Origin: Eledone cirrhosa
Lineage: Eukaryota
Assembly: GCA_964016885.1 (NCBI GenBank)
Contig: OZ024743.1
Coordinates: 347,138,001 to 347,202,000 of the forward strand
Length of the DNA stretch: 64,000 nucleotides
Direction: 5' to 3'
Position numbers and translations under genes: made by a program. This document shows positions 13,871-25,867 of the stretch, piece after piece (positions within the stretch are counted from its first letter, which is position 1; the number at the start of each line of letters is the position of its first letter). A model generated the notes under the pieces. It was not told the DNA's origin. It saw only the letters and a list, made by a program, of their open reading frames with translations, and searched no databases.

Positions 13871-14472
13871 TGCCCTTCAATTGTAATCTATCTGTTATTC
13901 AGAAATCTAGATTTGTCACAAATCATGTCGTGGTGTTTTGGGTTCGGAATCTAATTATAGATAAATATGTCCAAATCATAGTAAATTACACGCTCATTCA
14001 ACGAAATAAGCATTGGATATATTGAATAACTGCAGACTGCTCACTGAAACCAGCGGTGGAAGTATATGTCCTTTTAGTGTTGAGTATATGTGGAGAATTG
14101 ATTGCTTTTATATAATGCAGGTAACATATTTATACTTTGCTGTTGTTTTCTACAACTATGGAGTAACTGTAGTGATAATCGTTATATACAGCCTCAATTT
14201 GGTAAGAAGGATAAATATTCAAGTTGTTCTTTAAACTGACATATCTCTTTATTAAATAGACGTTGCTGCGTGTTACACAGAGTCATGAGCCCTTAACACA
14301 ATTCTCATTGAAGTCCAGTGACTTCGAAGGCTGTTCCATTGAACTTAAAATACATTCCATTCGATGGGCTAACCAAATTTACCCATTCGATGTGATAACC
14401 AATTTACTAATAAGGCTAGGTTCGATCTGGGGTTAAAGAAAGAAACACAAGCATATGATGTACAGGGATCCT

Positions 14473-14860
14473 GTCTTCCTTTGGTTGCAACTTTTCTCGA
14501 AATATTTACTTCTGCGTTCACAGATTACTCTCAGTTCAATTTGAATGGAAAATTCCTGTTTCATTGATTTTCTCCGTAACCATGGAAGCTTGTACCCTAA
14601 AAGTCGACCCCTTGGGTCATTCTGTATAACTGTGTAAATTTTCGCTGCATTCCACCAAGCCATTTCGACGTTTATCCGACTAACCTTACATGATCTCATG
14701 GTTAAAGGGGGTTATCTGCCCGGAGGCCCTATAATCAATATCTGGAAAAATGAAAGTGCCCATGACCATCTGCACTACATAAGTAACCTATGTCTTAAGT
14801 TTGGTGAAAATACTGAAGAAATGCATCAGGTTTATACACGCGCGCGCTCGTGTGTGTGTT

Positions 14861-14935
<75 letters not shown>

Positions 14936-15498
14936 TTGTGTGTGTGCGGGGGTATGTATTTGTGTGTGCGTATGTATGTCCGTCGGGGCATACGTATGTA
15001 CTGGCCTAAATCTTCACTATTTACTTTTACTATTTTAATAACCTCTGTCATTTTCGTTTTCAATTTTATTTACATCATTCTTAAACTCTGGGGCTGGAAA
15101 TCATTCTGTTATGTTAAATAGAATATTAGTCTAACGATTCCATTTAAACCATAAACTTGGTCTTGTCTTTGCATGAAATTGTTCTTCACGATCCACTTAA
15201 CGACGTATTATCCTCGCTTTTTTTCCCGTTCATTGCCAGGGAACGTCTTCACGAACCCAAATATCGTCTTCCTGTTTTCGTTCGGTTGGAACGTTTCTCG
15301 AAATATTTACTTCTGCGTTCACAGATTACTCTCAGTTCAATTTGAATGGGAAATTCCTGTTTCATCGATTTTCTCCGTAACCATGGAAGCTTGTACCCTA
15401 AAAGTCGACCCAACGCCCCCTCGGGTCATTCTGCATAACTGTGTAAATTTTCGCTGCATTCCACCAAGCCATTTCGACGTTTATCTGACTAACCTTAC
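14473..15498. repeat. Local direct duplication, ~200 bp core (14493-14689 and 15294-15498)
   Basis: Near-identical copies from tttctcgaaatatttacttctgcg to gactaaccttac, differing by a few substitutions and one short indel. Confidence 0.9.
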
Positions 15499-15569
15499 TT
15501 ACTTACTTAAATATACAACGTCCGACCACTTCCAATTTATATAGTAGATATATATAATTATGTATATAC

Positions 15570-15664
<95 letters not shown>

Positions 15665-15695
15665 CATATATATATATATATACATTCATATATAT

Positions 15696-15753
<58 letters not shown>

Positions 15754-15755
<2 letters not shown>

Positions 15756-15964
15756 GTTATTCCGGGTTGAATCGGAGGTAACCACAGTAAGTAAGGTACT
15801 CAATACATAGCAGAGTATAACAGTTTTAATATAGAAGAGATTCTACAGGACTAGAACTGTTTCATTCATTAGAAATCATCAGGAATCTCAGATTCTGAGA
15901 TTCCTGATGATTTCTAATGAATGAAACAGTTCTAGTCCTGTAGAGTCTCTTCTATATTAAAACT
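15754..15964. mobile_element. Fold-back mini-element: 143-bp near-perfect palindrome plus ~65-nt tail, with a hammerhead-like core
   Basis: 15822-15964 is self-complementary around 15893 with one mismatch and contains CTGATGA...GAAAC...GTC. Same family as 40574-40833 and 42613-42670. Lies in (TA)n. Confidence 0.75.
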
Positions 15965-15967
15965 ATA

Positions 15968-15999
<32 letters not shown>

Positions 16000-16029
16000 C
16001 ACACATATATCTGTATGTATGTATGTATG

Positions 16030-16125
<96 letters not shown>

Positions 16126-16535
16126 CCCCATTTTTCTATCATTATACACTCGTATACACGGAAACACACTTACATATAAATATATATTATGTATTTATAT
16201 ATGCAAGCACATTATGTCTGCTATTGATGTGTATCCAAGGAGTTATCGATCGCTATATTAATAAAGCATGTCTATCAAATATCTCCAATGTTGTATGACT
16301 ATCATTTACTCTACCAATAAATCACGCTTCTTATCATTATTGATGATGTTTCACTTGTAACACCTGGCATCACAGGGACCCCCTAATGGTCATTAGACAT
16401 TCTGGGTAAGGGTTTTCGGAAATCTCACTTCCGCTCTCCCTCCCCTTCACCGCCATTCTTTCCCCTCTGTATAAGTTCAGCACAATTTACGTTTGCTCTT
16501 ATATTCATATTTATATATATTTTTCTCTCCCTGCT

Positions 16536-16586
<51 letters not shown>

Positions 16587-16674
16587 TTATGTGAGTGTGT
16601 ACAGAAACAATTATATATATATTTATATATATATATAATTGTTTCTGTACACACTCACACACACACACACACAC

Positions 16675-16723
<49 letters not shown>

Positions 16724-16741
16724 AATATAAATACATATACA

Positions 16742-19452
16742 TCTATCTATCTATCTAAGGCGGGTAAAATTCCCGAGATCCATGGACGAGTTCTCTCCAG
16801 CGGTCTCTGTCCCTCATTATCGCTGCCATATCCTGCATCTCCAACAGACCAGTGTCTGTCCTTAGGGCATCAACATATGTTAACCTTGGTCTTCCTCTTC
16901 TAGTGTGTCCATGTAGGGGCTCCCAAAGGAGCACTGAGTGCAATGTCAACTCTGGATGTCGGTGAGCATGTCCAGCCAACCTCAGTCTCCCCTGTGTCAC
17001 TTTTGACAAAAAGGTAGGGAGCCAATGTATCTCCCTGGAGCACTCCAGCCAGTATCTCAAAGAACTCTGTCATCCCATCAGGTGTAATGACTTGGGCTTT
17101 GGTGTTGGTGTAGAGCAGTGATATCAGGTCCACTATCCTCTTGGGGATTCCATAAGCCTGTAAGATCTTCATCAGGCAGTAACGGTCCACAGAATCAAAG
17201 GCCTTCCTAAAGTCAATGAAAACCATGACCGCAGGAAGGCACTTTGCTCTAGCTCCCTCAGCATCAGGATGTGACTGGTGGTTGATCTACCCTCTCTGAA
17301 GCCGTTCTGGTTGTCCCTGAGCTTCTTCTCCATCTCAGGCTGGATCCTGTTAAGAATCATCCTGTTGAGGGTCTTTGCCACAAGTGACGTCAGTGAGATC
17401 CCCCGGTAGTTGGTGGTGTTAGAGAGATCTCCCTTCTTTGGCACTGGGACGATGTTACTGATCCTCCACTGATTCGGGGCAACTCCTTTCTCCAGTGCCC
17501 CGTTACAGAACCCCAGGATGATATCATCAAAATCACACCTCTTCATCACCTCTGATGCCACTCCATCTTCTCCATGAGCCTTGCCCTCCTTGATCTTCTT
17601 CTTGGCTCTCTGAAGCTCCTCTCTGGTGAAGGGCTCTGTCTCAACATCCAGTTCCTCAAACAGCCGCCTGATCTCCCCAGTGCTCTGGGCTGTGGAGGGT
17701 GGCTCTCCTTGTATGGTCCTAAAATGGTCTAGCCATTTCCTCTTCCTATCCTCGGGCTACGTTCCCTGGATCTGACTCGAACACCTTTTCTTCCTCCCTG
17801 TGATCTCGTTGATGATCATCCAGCTCTCCTTACATCCAGATCTGTCAACCGCTCTCTCCACACTTCTGATCTTCTCTATCAGTGCCTCCTCTCTGACCTC
17901 AGTGTAAGCGGTACAGAGCTCTTCCCTCATCACCTCCACAGTCTCCATCCTGTCGTCCGTAGGATCAGCATAGAATTGGTCCCTGGCAGCTTTCAGGTGT
18001 TCTCTGGCTGCACACACTTTTGGGTTTGCAGAGCTGACGTGCTTCCCTTTGTTCTTTTTCCTCGGCACCAGGGTTTCACTTGCTTTCGCCACTGTATTGG
18101 TGAAGTGCCCGTACCTCCTCGTCACACTCTCCTCAGTCCATCCAATCTCTCTCTCCTCTGACTCTCCACACAGAGCACTAAACCTGTTTCTCACTTCCAC
18201 TGTGAACCTCTCCTGTAGCTTATCATCTTCCTTGAAAGCTCCCCAGTCATAGATTGTTCTCCGGGGCTGAGCCTTGCTCTTTCTTAAGCTCACGCGGACC
18301 TCACTCATAACAAGCCGGTGGTCACTACTCAGTGTACTGAAATAGCTGTATGGTTCCGTGTTCAGAACACTATTCCGCCACTTTTTCCTCACCAGAATGA
18401 AATCAATCTGGGACTTGGACAGGTGCATATCTGAGATGTAGGTCCACATCTTCCCCAGATTCTTCCTAAACCTTAGGTTGGTCGCCATCAAGTTCGCCTC
18501 CAGCAGGGTGTCTCTCAGTAGTCTTCCATTTCGGTTGGTGTTGTTATGGAAGTACCAGCAAGGATCTTCACTGCCCTCCTTACTCAGATGTGCATTGAAG
18601 TCCCCCAAAACAAGCAGGATATTGTGTGCCTGAGTGGTGTTGACAGCTCTACACACCTCCTCATGGAACTCCTCGGCATTCACATCACTGTCCCCCTCGG
18701 TTGGACTATAGGCTGAGATGACTGTCAGTCTTGGGTTGCCATTGAAGGTCACCCTCAACACTCGCGGGGAGATAGGCATTATTTCCCTCACCAACAGATT
18801 GGTTTTTGCACTGAACACAAAACCCACTCCTCCTACTGCAGCATTTGTTGTGTTCTTCACTGCCGATGTAGTGATGAGCTGGCTCTTCCTCCCGATCATC
18901 ACACTCCTCACGGGCTCATCGTGTAGAATCCTGTGTTCTTGGATCGCAAGTATCTGTATACCACTCTCCTCGAACAGATGTCCCAACTCCTCTCTCTTCT
19001 CCAGCGTTCGAATAGTCCTCACATTCAAAGTGCCCATTTTGATGGCTCTTCTGCAGGACAAAACTGCATTCTTTATATTTGTCTCAGAGACAGCTGATCC
19101 ATCATCCACTGGCCCTCTCTGTGGCTCTAAGCCAGCAGAGTCATAACGACCAGGCTGCTCCTTGACAGTGTAATTAGGAGCTCTAACCCTAGTGCTGTTA
19201 GATCGACCCTCCATATTTCTTTTCAATGGCTGACAATACCTTACCGGCGCCACTCGAATAAGGTAGTTATTTAACCCATAAATGGAGCCCTAACAGGTAC
19301 TACCAGCCCTAACAGGTACTACCACCCCGGGCCAGGGCAGACCTGGGAGTCATGACAACTAAGGGGTAACTCCACATTCCCCACATCTCCTGAACTCCCG
19401 AACTGGAGCCTTGCCACTGGATGTAGTTTAATGTCATACCCAGGACATACCC
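16742..19452 (-). mobile_element. RTE-group LINE retaining both ends but internally deleted
   Basis: Structured 5' UTR (19255-19452), APE endonuclease, RT and a (TAGA)n 3' tail. The deletion near 17000 removes the YADD region. Confidence 0.85.
16755..19253 (-). pseudogene. APE endonuclease-reverse transcriptase of an RTE/RTE-X LINE, disrupted
   Basis: MGTLNVRT, LAIQEHR, ISAYSPT, LGDFNAH, IDFILV, SDHRLV; in-frame TAG at 17757; PVPKKGDL..NYRGISL, FIDFRKAFD, GVLQGDTLAPYLF joined directly to C-terminal RLAGH...RRGRPRLTYVD. Confidence 0.88.
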
Positions 19453-19456
19453 AGAC

Positions 19457-19519
<63 letters not shown>

Positions 19520-19649
19520 AATATAAATATATATACATATATATAGAGAAAATTGAGGTTGGTTATGGCACATGGAATATATAAGAGACAGAATACTTTT
19601 TTGTGAAAAAACATAATTTTATAAGGTAAGGAAATAATAAAGGGTATAA

Positions 19650-19697
19650 AAAATGACCGGTTTCGATGGGTCTGCAAAAGCCATCTTTTCAAATGTT
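19650..19697 (-). ncRNA. Hammerhead variant (U3-A8 core) in the left pseudo-LTR
   Basis: Inverted copy of 23698-23745. Confidence 0.55.
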
Positions 19698-19963
19698 GAT
19701 TAATATTAAGAAAAATTAATAATACGAAGAGTTAAAATTTGAGACTTGAAAATTCAAGTATAAAATTCATTGTGGGATTTCATAGCAGTTTTCATCTAGG
19801 TAGCAACAACAGGTTGACTGCTGTGTCCCTTTCTGGTAGTGAATGAGAAGTTATTTGGGGTGTGGGTTATTTTATAAAGGTCAGATTTAGCAATAGCCAG
19901 CTGCTGGTCAGTGAGGGGGTGGAAGCAATATACACACACATATACCTTCATCCACACATACAT

Positions 19964-20014
<51 letters not shown>

Positions 20015-20067
20015 TACATACACACACACATACATATACATACACACACACACACATATATACACAT

Positions 20068-20128
<61 letters not shown>

Positions 20129-20159
20129 TATATATACATACACATACATCCAGATACAC

Positions 20160-20202
<43 letters not shown>

Positions 20203-20284
20203 CACACATATATATATATATATATACACACACACAAAACTACATTCCTTTTTTAGGGAAAAGCCTAAAATACCAGGATACTCG

Positions 20285-22561
20285 ATGGCCCCCCCTCAGG
20301 AGAAACCAAAAATAATCAACCTCTCAAAGACACCTCTAACCAACACACAAATCAACATTTTAAGTAAGGGCCTGAAATTTACACCTACACCACGTAAACC
20401 AAACTTCCCCGAAATGAAGGATGACATCATGGAATACTGCCGAAAGCTGCGACTAACGGAATTCTTCCACAACGACACCAACACTGAAGACGAATCACTG
20501 GTTAGAAATAAAAGCAATTTCTGCCCACAAAAGGGAAGAAATAAAGCACTGGACACGTACTGCGAACACATCACCAACTTTCCCTATGAAACAATTACAA
20601 ATAAACACACGAAATCAAACCTATCTACACACGAATGGGAAGAATTATTCACACTTAGAAACAACCCTGAGATAACTATCAAAGAAGCCGATAAAGGCAG
20701 TACTGTTGTGATTATGAATACGGACTACTATAGGACCCTCGCACTTAACATTTTAGAAAACAACACATACTATGAAAAAACAGAAAACTACAAACACACC
20801 AAAACAATGGGGAACCTTTTGACCTTACTGAATAAATACCGCAACAGCTTAACCACAAAAGAGTTTAACTATATAAGCCACTTCAAATGCAATACAAGCT
20901 CTTTTTACGGCTTACCGAAACTTCACAAATGTAAACCCATAAACGATGCATGTGACACCTCAACCAACAATTACATTGAACTAACACCACCAGAAGACCT
21001 AAAACTCAGGCCGATTATAGCAGGCCCTACATGTGAAACCCACAGACTTAGCAACTTTCTGGACATCCTACTGAAACCCTTTCTACAACATATACAGAGC
21101 TACATACGAGATGACCTTGACATGCTGAAACACCTCCCTAAAACAGTAAGTGCAAATACAATTCTTGTCTCCTTTGACGTAATAAACCTCTACACAAACA
21201 TACCTCACAACTATGGAATAACAGCAGTCCAATACTGGCTTAACACACACCCATCAGAAATACCGACACGCATCAACACAGATTTTATCACTGACGGACT
21301 CCGCTTTATCCTACAAAATAACTACTTCACATTCAATGGTTCAACATACAGACAAGTATCAGGTACGGCAATGGGCACGAAAGTAGCACCCACATATGCC
21401 AACCTAGTCATGGGATTCCATGAACAACAAATATACAGTCAGTCCCTTCTCTTATTTGGAGACTCTTTCCACACACACCTCAAAGCCAATTGGAAAAGAT
21501 ATCTAGACGACTGCTTTATCCTATGGCAAGAAGACATGAACTCACTTACTACGTTTAAAAACATGATAAACAACATAGATAATAACATACAATTCACAAT
21601 GGAATCCAATCCTAAGGAATTAGCCTTCTTGGATATTCTCATCTCTGTAATAGACGGGAAATTAGATACAGATATATTCTATAAACCCACAGATTCCAAG
21701 CAATACCTCTTTTTCACATCAAGTCACCCAAAACATACAAAACTTAACATTCCTTACAATTTGGCCAAACGTATATGTACCATAGTATCAGATCCACCTA
21801 AACGGGAGCAAAGACTAAAGGAACTAAAAGACACCCTTATCTTAAGAGCCTTTCCACTTGAAATAATCAACAATGGAATAGACAGGGCAAAACACCTAAA
21901 TCCCCATCAACTTAACAATCCAAAACAGAAAACCACACTCAACACCCTGCCATATGTATCCACTTTCAACCCCAGAAATACCGAAATGTTTGATCACCTA
22001 CACAAAAACCTCCCCATCCTACTTAAAGATGTAAAAATGAAGTCTATTCTTGAAACACACAAGATCCTTAAAAGTAAAAGACAACCCAAATCACTTAAAC
22101 GCATTCTCACTGGACCAAATATACCCAAACCAATCTTCAACCCTACAGTTACCAAATGTGGTAGAACAAACTGTGGAACGTGCCTCTACCTCACTGAAGG
22201 ACAAACATTTACATTCAAAGATGGCCAAACATTTACAGTAAAAAACAATTTCACCTGCAACTCGAAGAACTTGATTTACGCAATAACTTGCGGTGGGTGC
22301 AAACACAACTACATAGGACAGACGGGCACCTCATTACGCAAAAGAATGACCATCCACCGCCAACAAATCCGGGACGCTAACACAAGAAAAATCCCCTTGA
22401 GCAGCCATATTGCGAACTGCGCAGGAATGACACTACCCAACTTTAAAATCTTCCCCTTCTACAAGTGCTCAGATTCGTTCACACAACAACAAAGAATAAA
22501 CAAAGAAAATCTATTCCTTAACAAATTTAAACCAAAACTAAACGGGTTATCACCCCAATAG
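20285..22561 (+). CDS. PLE reverse transcriptase-GIY-YIG endonuclease, 758 aa from the first ATG after the microsatellite
   Basis: IINLS...LSKGLKFTPTP, KEADKG, FYGLPKLHK, LRPIIAG, FDVINLYTNIPH, GTAMGTKVAPTYANL, RYLDD, FLDI, KPTD, CGRTNCGTC linker, LIYAITCGGC..YIGQT..LRKRMTIH. No stops. The true N-terminus may be truncated. Confidence 0.93.
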   Translation: MAPPQEKPKIINLSKTPLTNTQINILSKGLKFTPTPRKPNFPEMKDDIMEYCRKLRLTEFFHNDTNTEDESLVRNKSNFCPQKGRNKALDTYCEHITNFPYETITNKHTKSNLSTHEWEELFTLRNNPEITIKEADKGSTVVIMNTDYYRTLALNILENNTYYEKTENYKHTKTMGNLLTLLNKYRNSLTTKEFNYISHFKCNTSSFYGLPKLHKCKPINDACDTSTNNYIELTPPEDLKLRPIIAGPTCETHRLSNFLDILLKPFLQHIQSYIRDDLDMLKHLPKTVSANTILVSFDVINLYTNIPHNYGITAVQYWLNTHPSEIPTRINTDFITDGLRFILQNNYFTFNGSTYRQVSGTAMGTKVAPTYANLVMGFHEQQIYSQSLLLFGDSFHTHLKANWKRYLDDCFILWQEDMNSLTTFKNMINNIDNNIQFTMESNPKELAFLDILISVIDGKLDTDIFYKPTDSKQYLFFTSSHPKHTKLNIPYNLAKRICTIVSDPPKREQRLKELKDTLILRAFPLEIINNGIDRAKHLNPHQLNNPKQKTTLNTLPYVSTFNPRNTEMFDHLHKNLPILLKDVKMKSILETHKILKSKRQPKSLKRILTGPNIPKPIFNPTVTKCGRTNCGTCLYLTEGQTFTFKDGQTFTVKNNFTCNSKNLIYAITCGGCKHNYIGQTGTSLRKRMTIHRQQIRDANTRKIPLSSHIANCAGMTLPNFKIFPFYKCSDSFTQQQRINKENLFLNKFKPKLNGLSPQ

Positions 22562-22986
22562 AATTGTCACAAAATATAAACACACATACGCACGGAATCA
22601 CTACTATTAAAGACCAGAGACCAATTCTGTAGAATCAGGTTTATTCATTGACAGACCATGCCTTTGTGTGACCAACACATCCATGTTAAACCCTGCACGT
22701 GCACACACGTATATCTATATATATATGCGCACACAGAATTATTTTAATTTCACTGCCCCAACTTCTTATATTATGGAAAAAATATATGTGTCTGTATGTA
22801 TATATATATATATATATTTGAAGGCCATTTCTCTGTGTGTGGGTGTATGTATGTGTGTGTGTGTGTGTGTGAGTATGTGTATGCATGTGGATGTATGTAT
22901 TGTGTGTGCGTGTGTGTGTGTGTGTGTGTATGTATGTGGGTATCTGGATGTATGCGTATGTGTGTATATATATATATATATATGCA

Positions 22987-23020
<34 letters not shown>

Positions 23021-23034
23021 TGTGTGTATGTGTG

Positions 23035-23065
<31 letters not shown>

Positions 23066-23123
23066 ATGTTTGTATGTGTGTATGTATATATATATATATG
23101 TGTGTGTGTATGTATGTGTGGGG

Positions 23124-23221
<98 letters not shown>

Positions 23222-23252
23222 GTGTATCTGGATGTATGTGTATGTATATATA

Positions 23253-23327
<75 letters not shown>

Positions 23328-23382
23328 ATGTGTATATATGTGTGTGTGTGTGTGTATGTATATGTATGTGTGTGTGTATGTA

Positions 23383-23433
<51 letters not shown>

Positions 23434-23697
23434 ATGTATGTGTGGATGAAGGTATGTGTGTGTATATTGCTTCCACCCCCTCACTGACCAGCAGCTGGCT
23501 ATTGCTAAATCTGACCTTTATAAAATAACCCACACCCCAAATAACTTCTCATTCACTACCAGAAAGGGACACAGCAGTCAACCTGTTGTTGCTACCTAGA
23601 TGAAAACTGCTATGAAATCCCACAATGAATTTTATACTTGAATTTTCAAGTCTCAAATTTTAACTCTTCGTATTATTAATTTTTCTTAATATTAATC

Positions 23698-23745
23698 AAC
23701 ATTTGAAAAGATGGCTTTTGCAGACCCATCGAAACCGGTCATTTT
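23698..23745 (+). ncRNA. Minimal hammerhead variant with UUGAAAA core
   Basis: aacat TTGAAAA gatgg...ccatc GAAA ccgg TC atttt; palindromic stem III, GUC triplet, weak stem I. Confidence 0.6.
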
Positions 23746-24795
23746 TTATACCCTTTATTATTTCCTTACCTTATAAAATTATGTTTTTTCACAAAAAAGT
23801 ATTCTGTCTCTTATATATTCCATGTGCCATAACCAACCTCAATTTTCTCTATAACCTTCGTTTTGTGTAGAAAATTACACTTTTCATACATATATATATA
23901 TATATTTATATATATTAATATATATATATATATATACACATATATATCTGTATGTATATTTATATACATACAGGTATATATGTAAATATAAAGAAAATAA
24001 TTTTAAAATGTACTTATAGTGTTAAAGAAGATTTATTTTCGATGAATTTCCTGGATTTAAATTTTCATGATTTTCAAAACTTAAGTGAGAGTGAAATGTC
24101 ACAGTTCTCTAGAAAATGTATATCTCTGCTGTAAATTCTGCAACGCGACGGTCGTTAATGAGATTCACCGGTTGCTCTTTTGTAAAAAAAACTCTCACCT
24201 ATACACAGAGCACGATTTGTCCTCTGCAAGCTTGTTTTTAACTTACAAAATCTAAAATTACAGGCATAATCAGATTTTCAAATCGTTCAAATAAGTTGAA
24301 TGGACTTGGCTAGCCGTTGCCAAAAAGGCACTTTTTATGTGCTATCCATGTCTATGTGGGAGATAAATTGATGGTGATTCCTGTGATTAAAATGCAGCCA
24401 CAATATATATGTACATATAATCTAATTTTATATAAACCCGTAGAGCAAATATTTATCATTAGTACAGAGTAAATTTTAAGCAAAGAATTTCTGTTTTCAT
24501 CCTATTCGGGATTTCTGAAACTGAGAAAAACCAATCTGTAGACGCTGGAGTAAACTTACTTATATACAGATGCATAAATATTCAATATACGCATGTATAT
24601 AGGCATACATGTGCAAACGTCTCCTTATATATTCAGCTCCGTTAATTCGTTGGGCTATTTCAAATGTCGAATAAACCTGGCTGTTATTTTTAGTGGTGTA
24701 AGTTTGTGAGACACCCTGTGATACCATGTGTGCTATTATATATAACACACTATTCAGTTTCTTAATATACTTAGAAGTGTCTAGGATACTAATTC

Positions 24796-24873
24796 ATCGC
24801 CCACTGATGAGCTTAGATTGGTAATTCTATTCACAATTAACATTGCGAAACAATAGCAAGTTGTCTGGGTGAT
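24796..24873 (+). ncRNA. Complete type I hammerhead ribozyme in a non-coding element
   Basis: Stem I atcgccca/tgggtgat, CTGATGA, stem II closed gc...gc, GAAA, stem III caa-tagcaag-ttg, GUC (cut after 24865). Confidence 0.9.
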
Positions 24874-25121
24874 TGGTAGTTACCACAATTCCGGTTTGTA
24901 TTTATTTTCTTAATTTTTTCTTAAATCGAGACAAGCAAACCCTATTGTCTATAGTTAGTATTCTTTTCACCTTAGCGAATCTGGTCCCTTACGATTTGAA
25001 CACATATCTGTGTTCGTTTTTCTTTTATATTCTATTATAATATAAGGCTCGGAAATATCTCTTTCTTAGAGCTACTTTTTTGTAAGAGACTATTTTGAGT
25101 TCCTAACTCAATATATACCTT

Positions 25122-25195
<74 letters not shown>

Positions 25196-25251
25196 CGTAA
25201 AATAAAAAATTTTAAAAAATTAAAAAAATTAACTTACTTACTAAAATGTTC

Positions 25252-25332
25252 ACTCCAACTAATTAGTTTCTGCAATGGGATAAAGACAGTTACGTAATAA
25301 ACTGTCGAGAATTCATTGCGTCATCAGGGAGT
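25252..25332 (-). ncRNA. Type I hammerhead ribozyme
   Basis: Minus strand: actcc CTGATGA cgcaatg...cattgca GAAA ctaattag TT ggagt; palindromic stem III, GUU triplet. Confidence 0.85.
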
Positions 25333-25788
25333 CTATTCTCAGCTAAGTCTCCAGGCAATGCGCGGACACTGGGGACTCATATAAAAATAATCATAATTCG
25401 GTAGATGGAACAGCTAGCGGGGACTGGATTCCATGCACTGAAAAGCTCGCTGTCTCTGGTCAAATGGCTGATTCTAAATAATCAATCACGTGACACTGAG
25501 GCTAGTCGGTAGGAGTGGGATGGTAAGATGACAGAAGCCTACTAGCACACCAATAAATTAGTAGTGGTTTTGGCAGGTTTGCTCAACAAATAAGTAATTT
25601 GGAGATAAATATAGAGAATTTAGTATATCTACTAACATATGCGTACAGATGTACGCTAATGCTAGCAAATACACAGGTTATAGTACCTAGGTGGTTCAAT
25701 GCAGGAGGATGCAGAACAATAATATAAAAGACGTAAAATAAGAAAATTTTAAAAAATTAAAAAAATTAACTTACTTACTAAAATTTTC

Positions 25789-25867
25789 ACTCCAACTAAT
25801 TAGTTTCTGCAATGGGATAAAGACAGTTACGTAATAAACTGTCGAGAATTCATTGCGTCATCAGGGA
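25789..25867 (-). ncRNA. Type I hammerhead ribozyme, second copy (stem I shortened by 5' truncation)
   Basis: Same core as 25252-25332. Confidence 0.8.

Larger units (their letters stand above)
19542..23889 (+). mobile_element. Young Penelope-like element PLE-3 (Neptune-type) with ~700-bp inverted pseudo-LTRs
   Basis: 19542-20235 is the reverse complement of ~23155-23853, with a near-identical unique part. The right arm has a ~35-nt tail. Intact ORF. (TA)n on both sides. Confidence 0.92.
25186..25867 (-). mobile_element. Retrozyme-like non-coding element: 537-nt unit with ~145-nt terminal direct repeat, a hammerhead in each repeat
   Basis: 25186-25330 and 25722-25867 differ by 1 indel and 1 substitution. 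No ORF. (TA)n on both sides. Confidence 0.8.

Noticed and set aside
16340-16400. Hammerhead-like fragments (also 30045-30060, 37586-37599 and 50550-50570)
   Set aside because: Only half of the core, or no supporting stems
19862-20284. His/Thr/Tyr/Ile-rich N-terminal extension of the 899-aa ORF
   Set aside because: It is the inverted pseudo-LTR microsatellite, in frame by chance and starting at GTG; homology begins near 20240-20285
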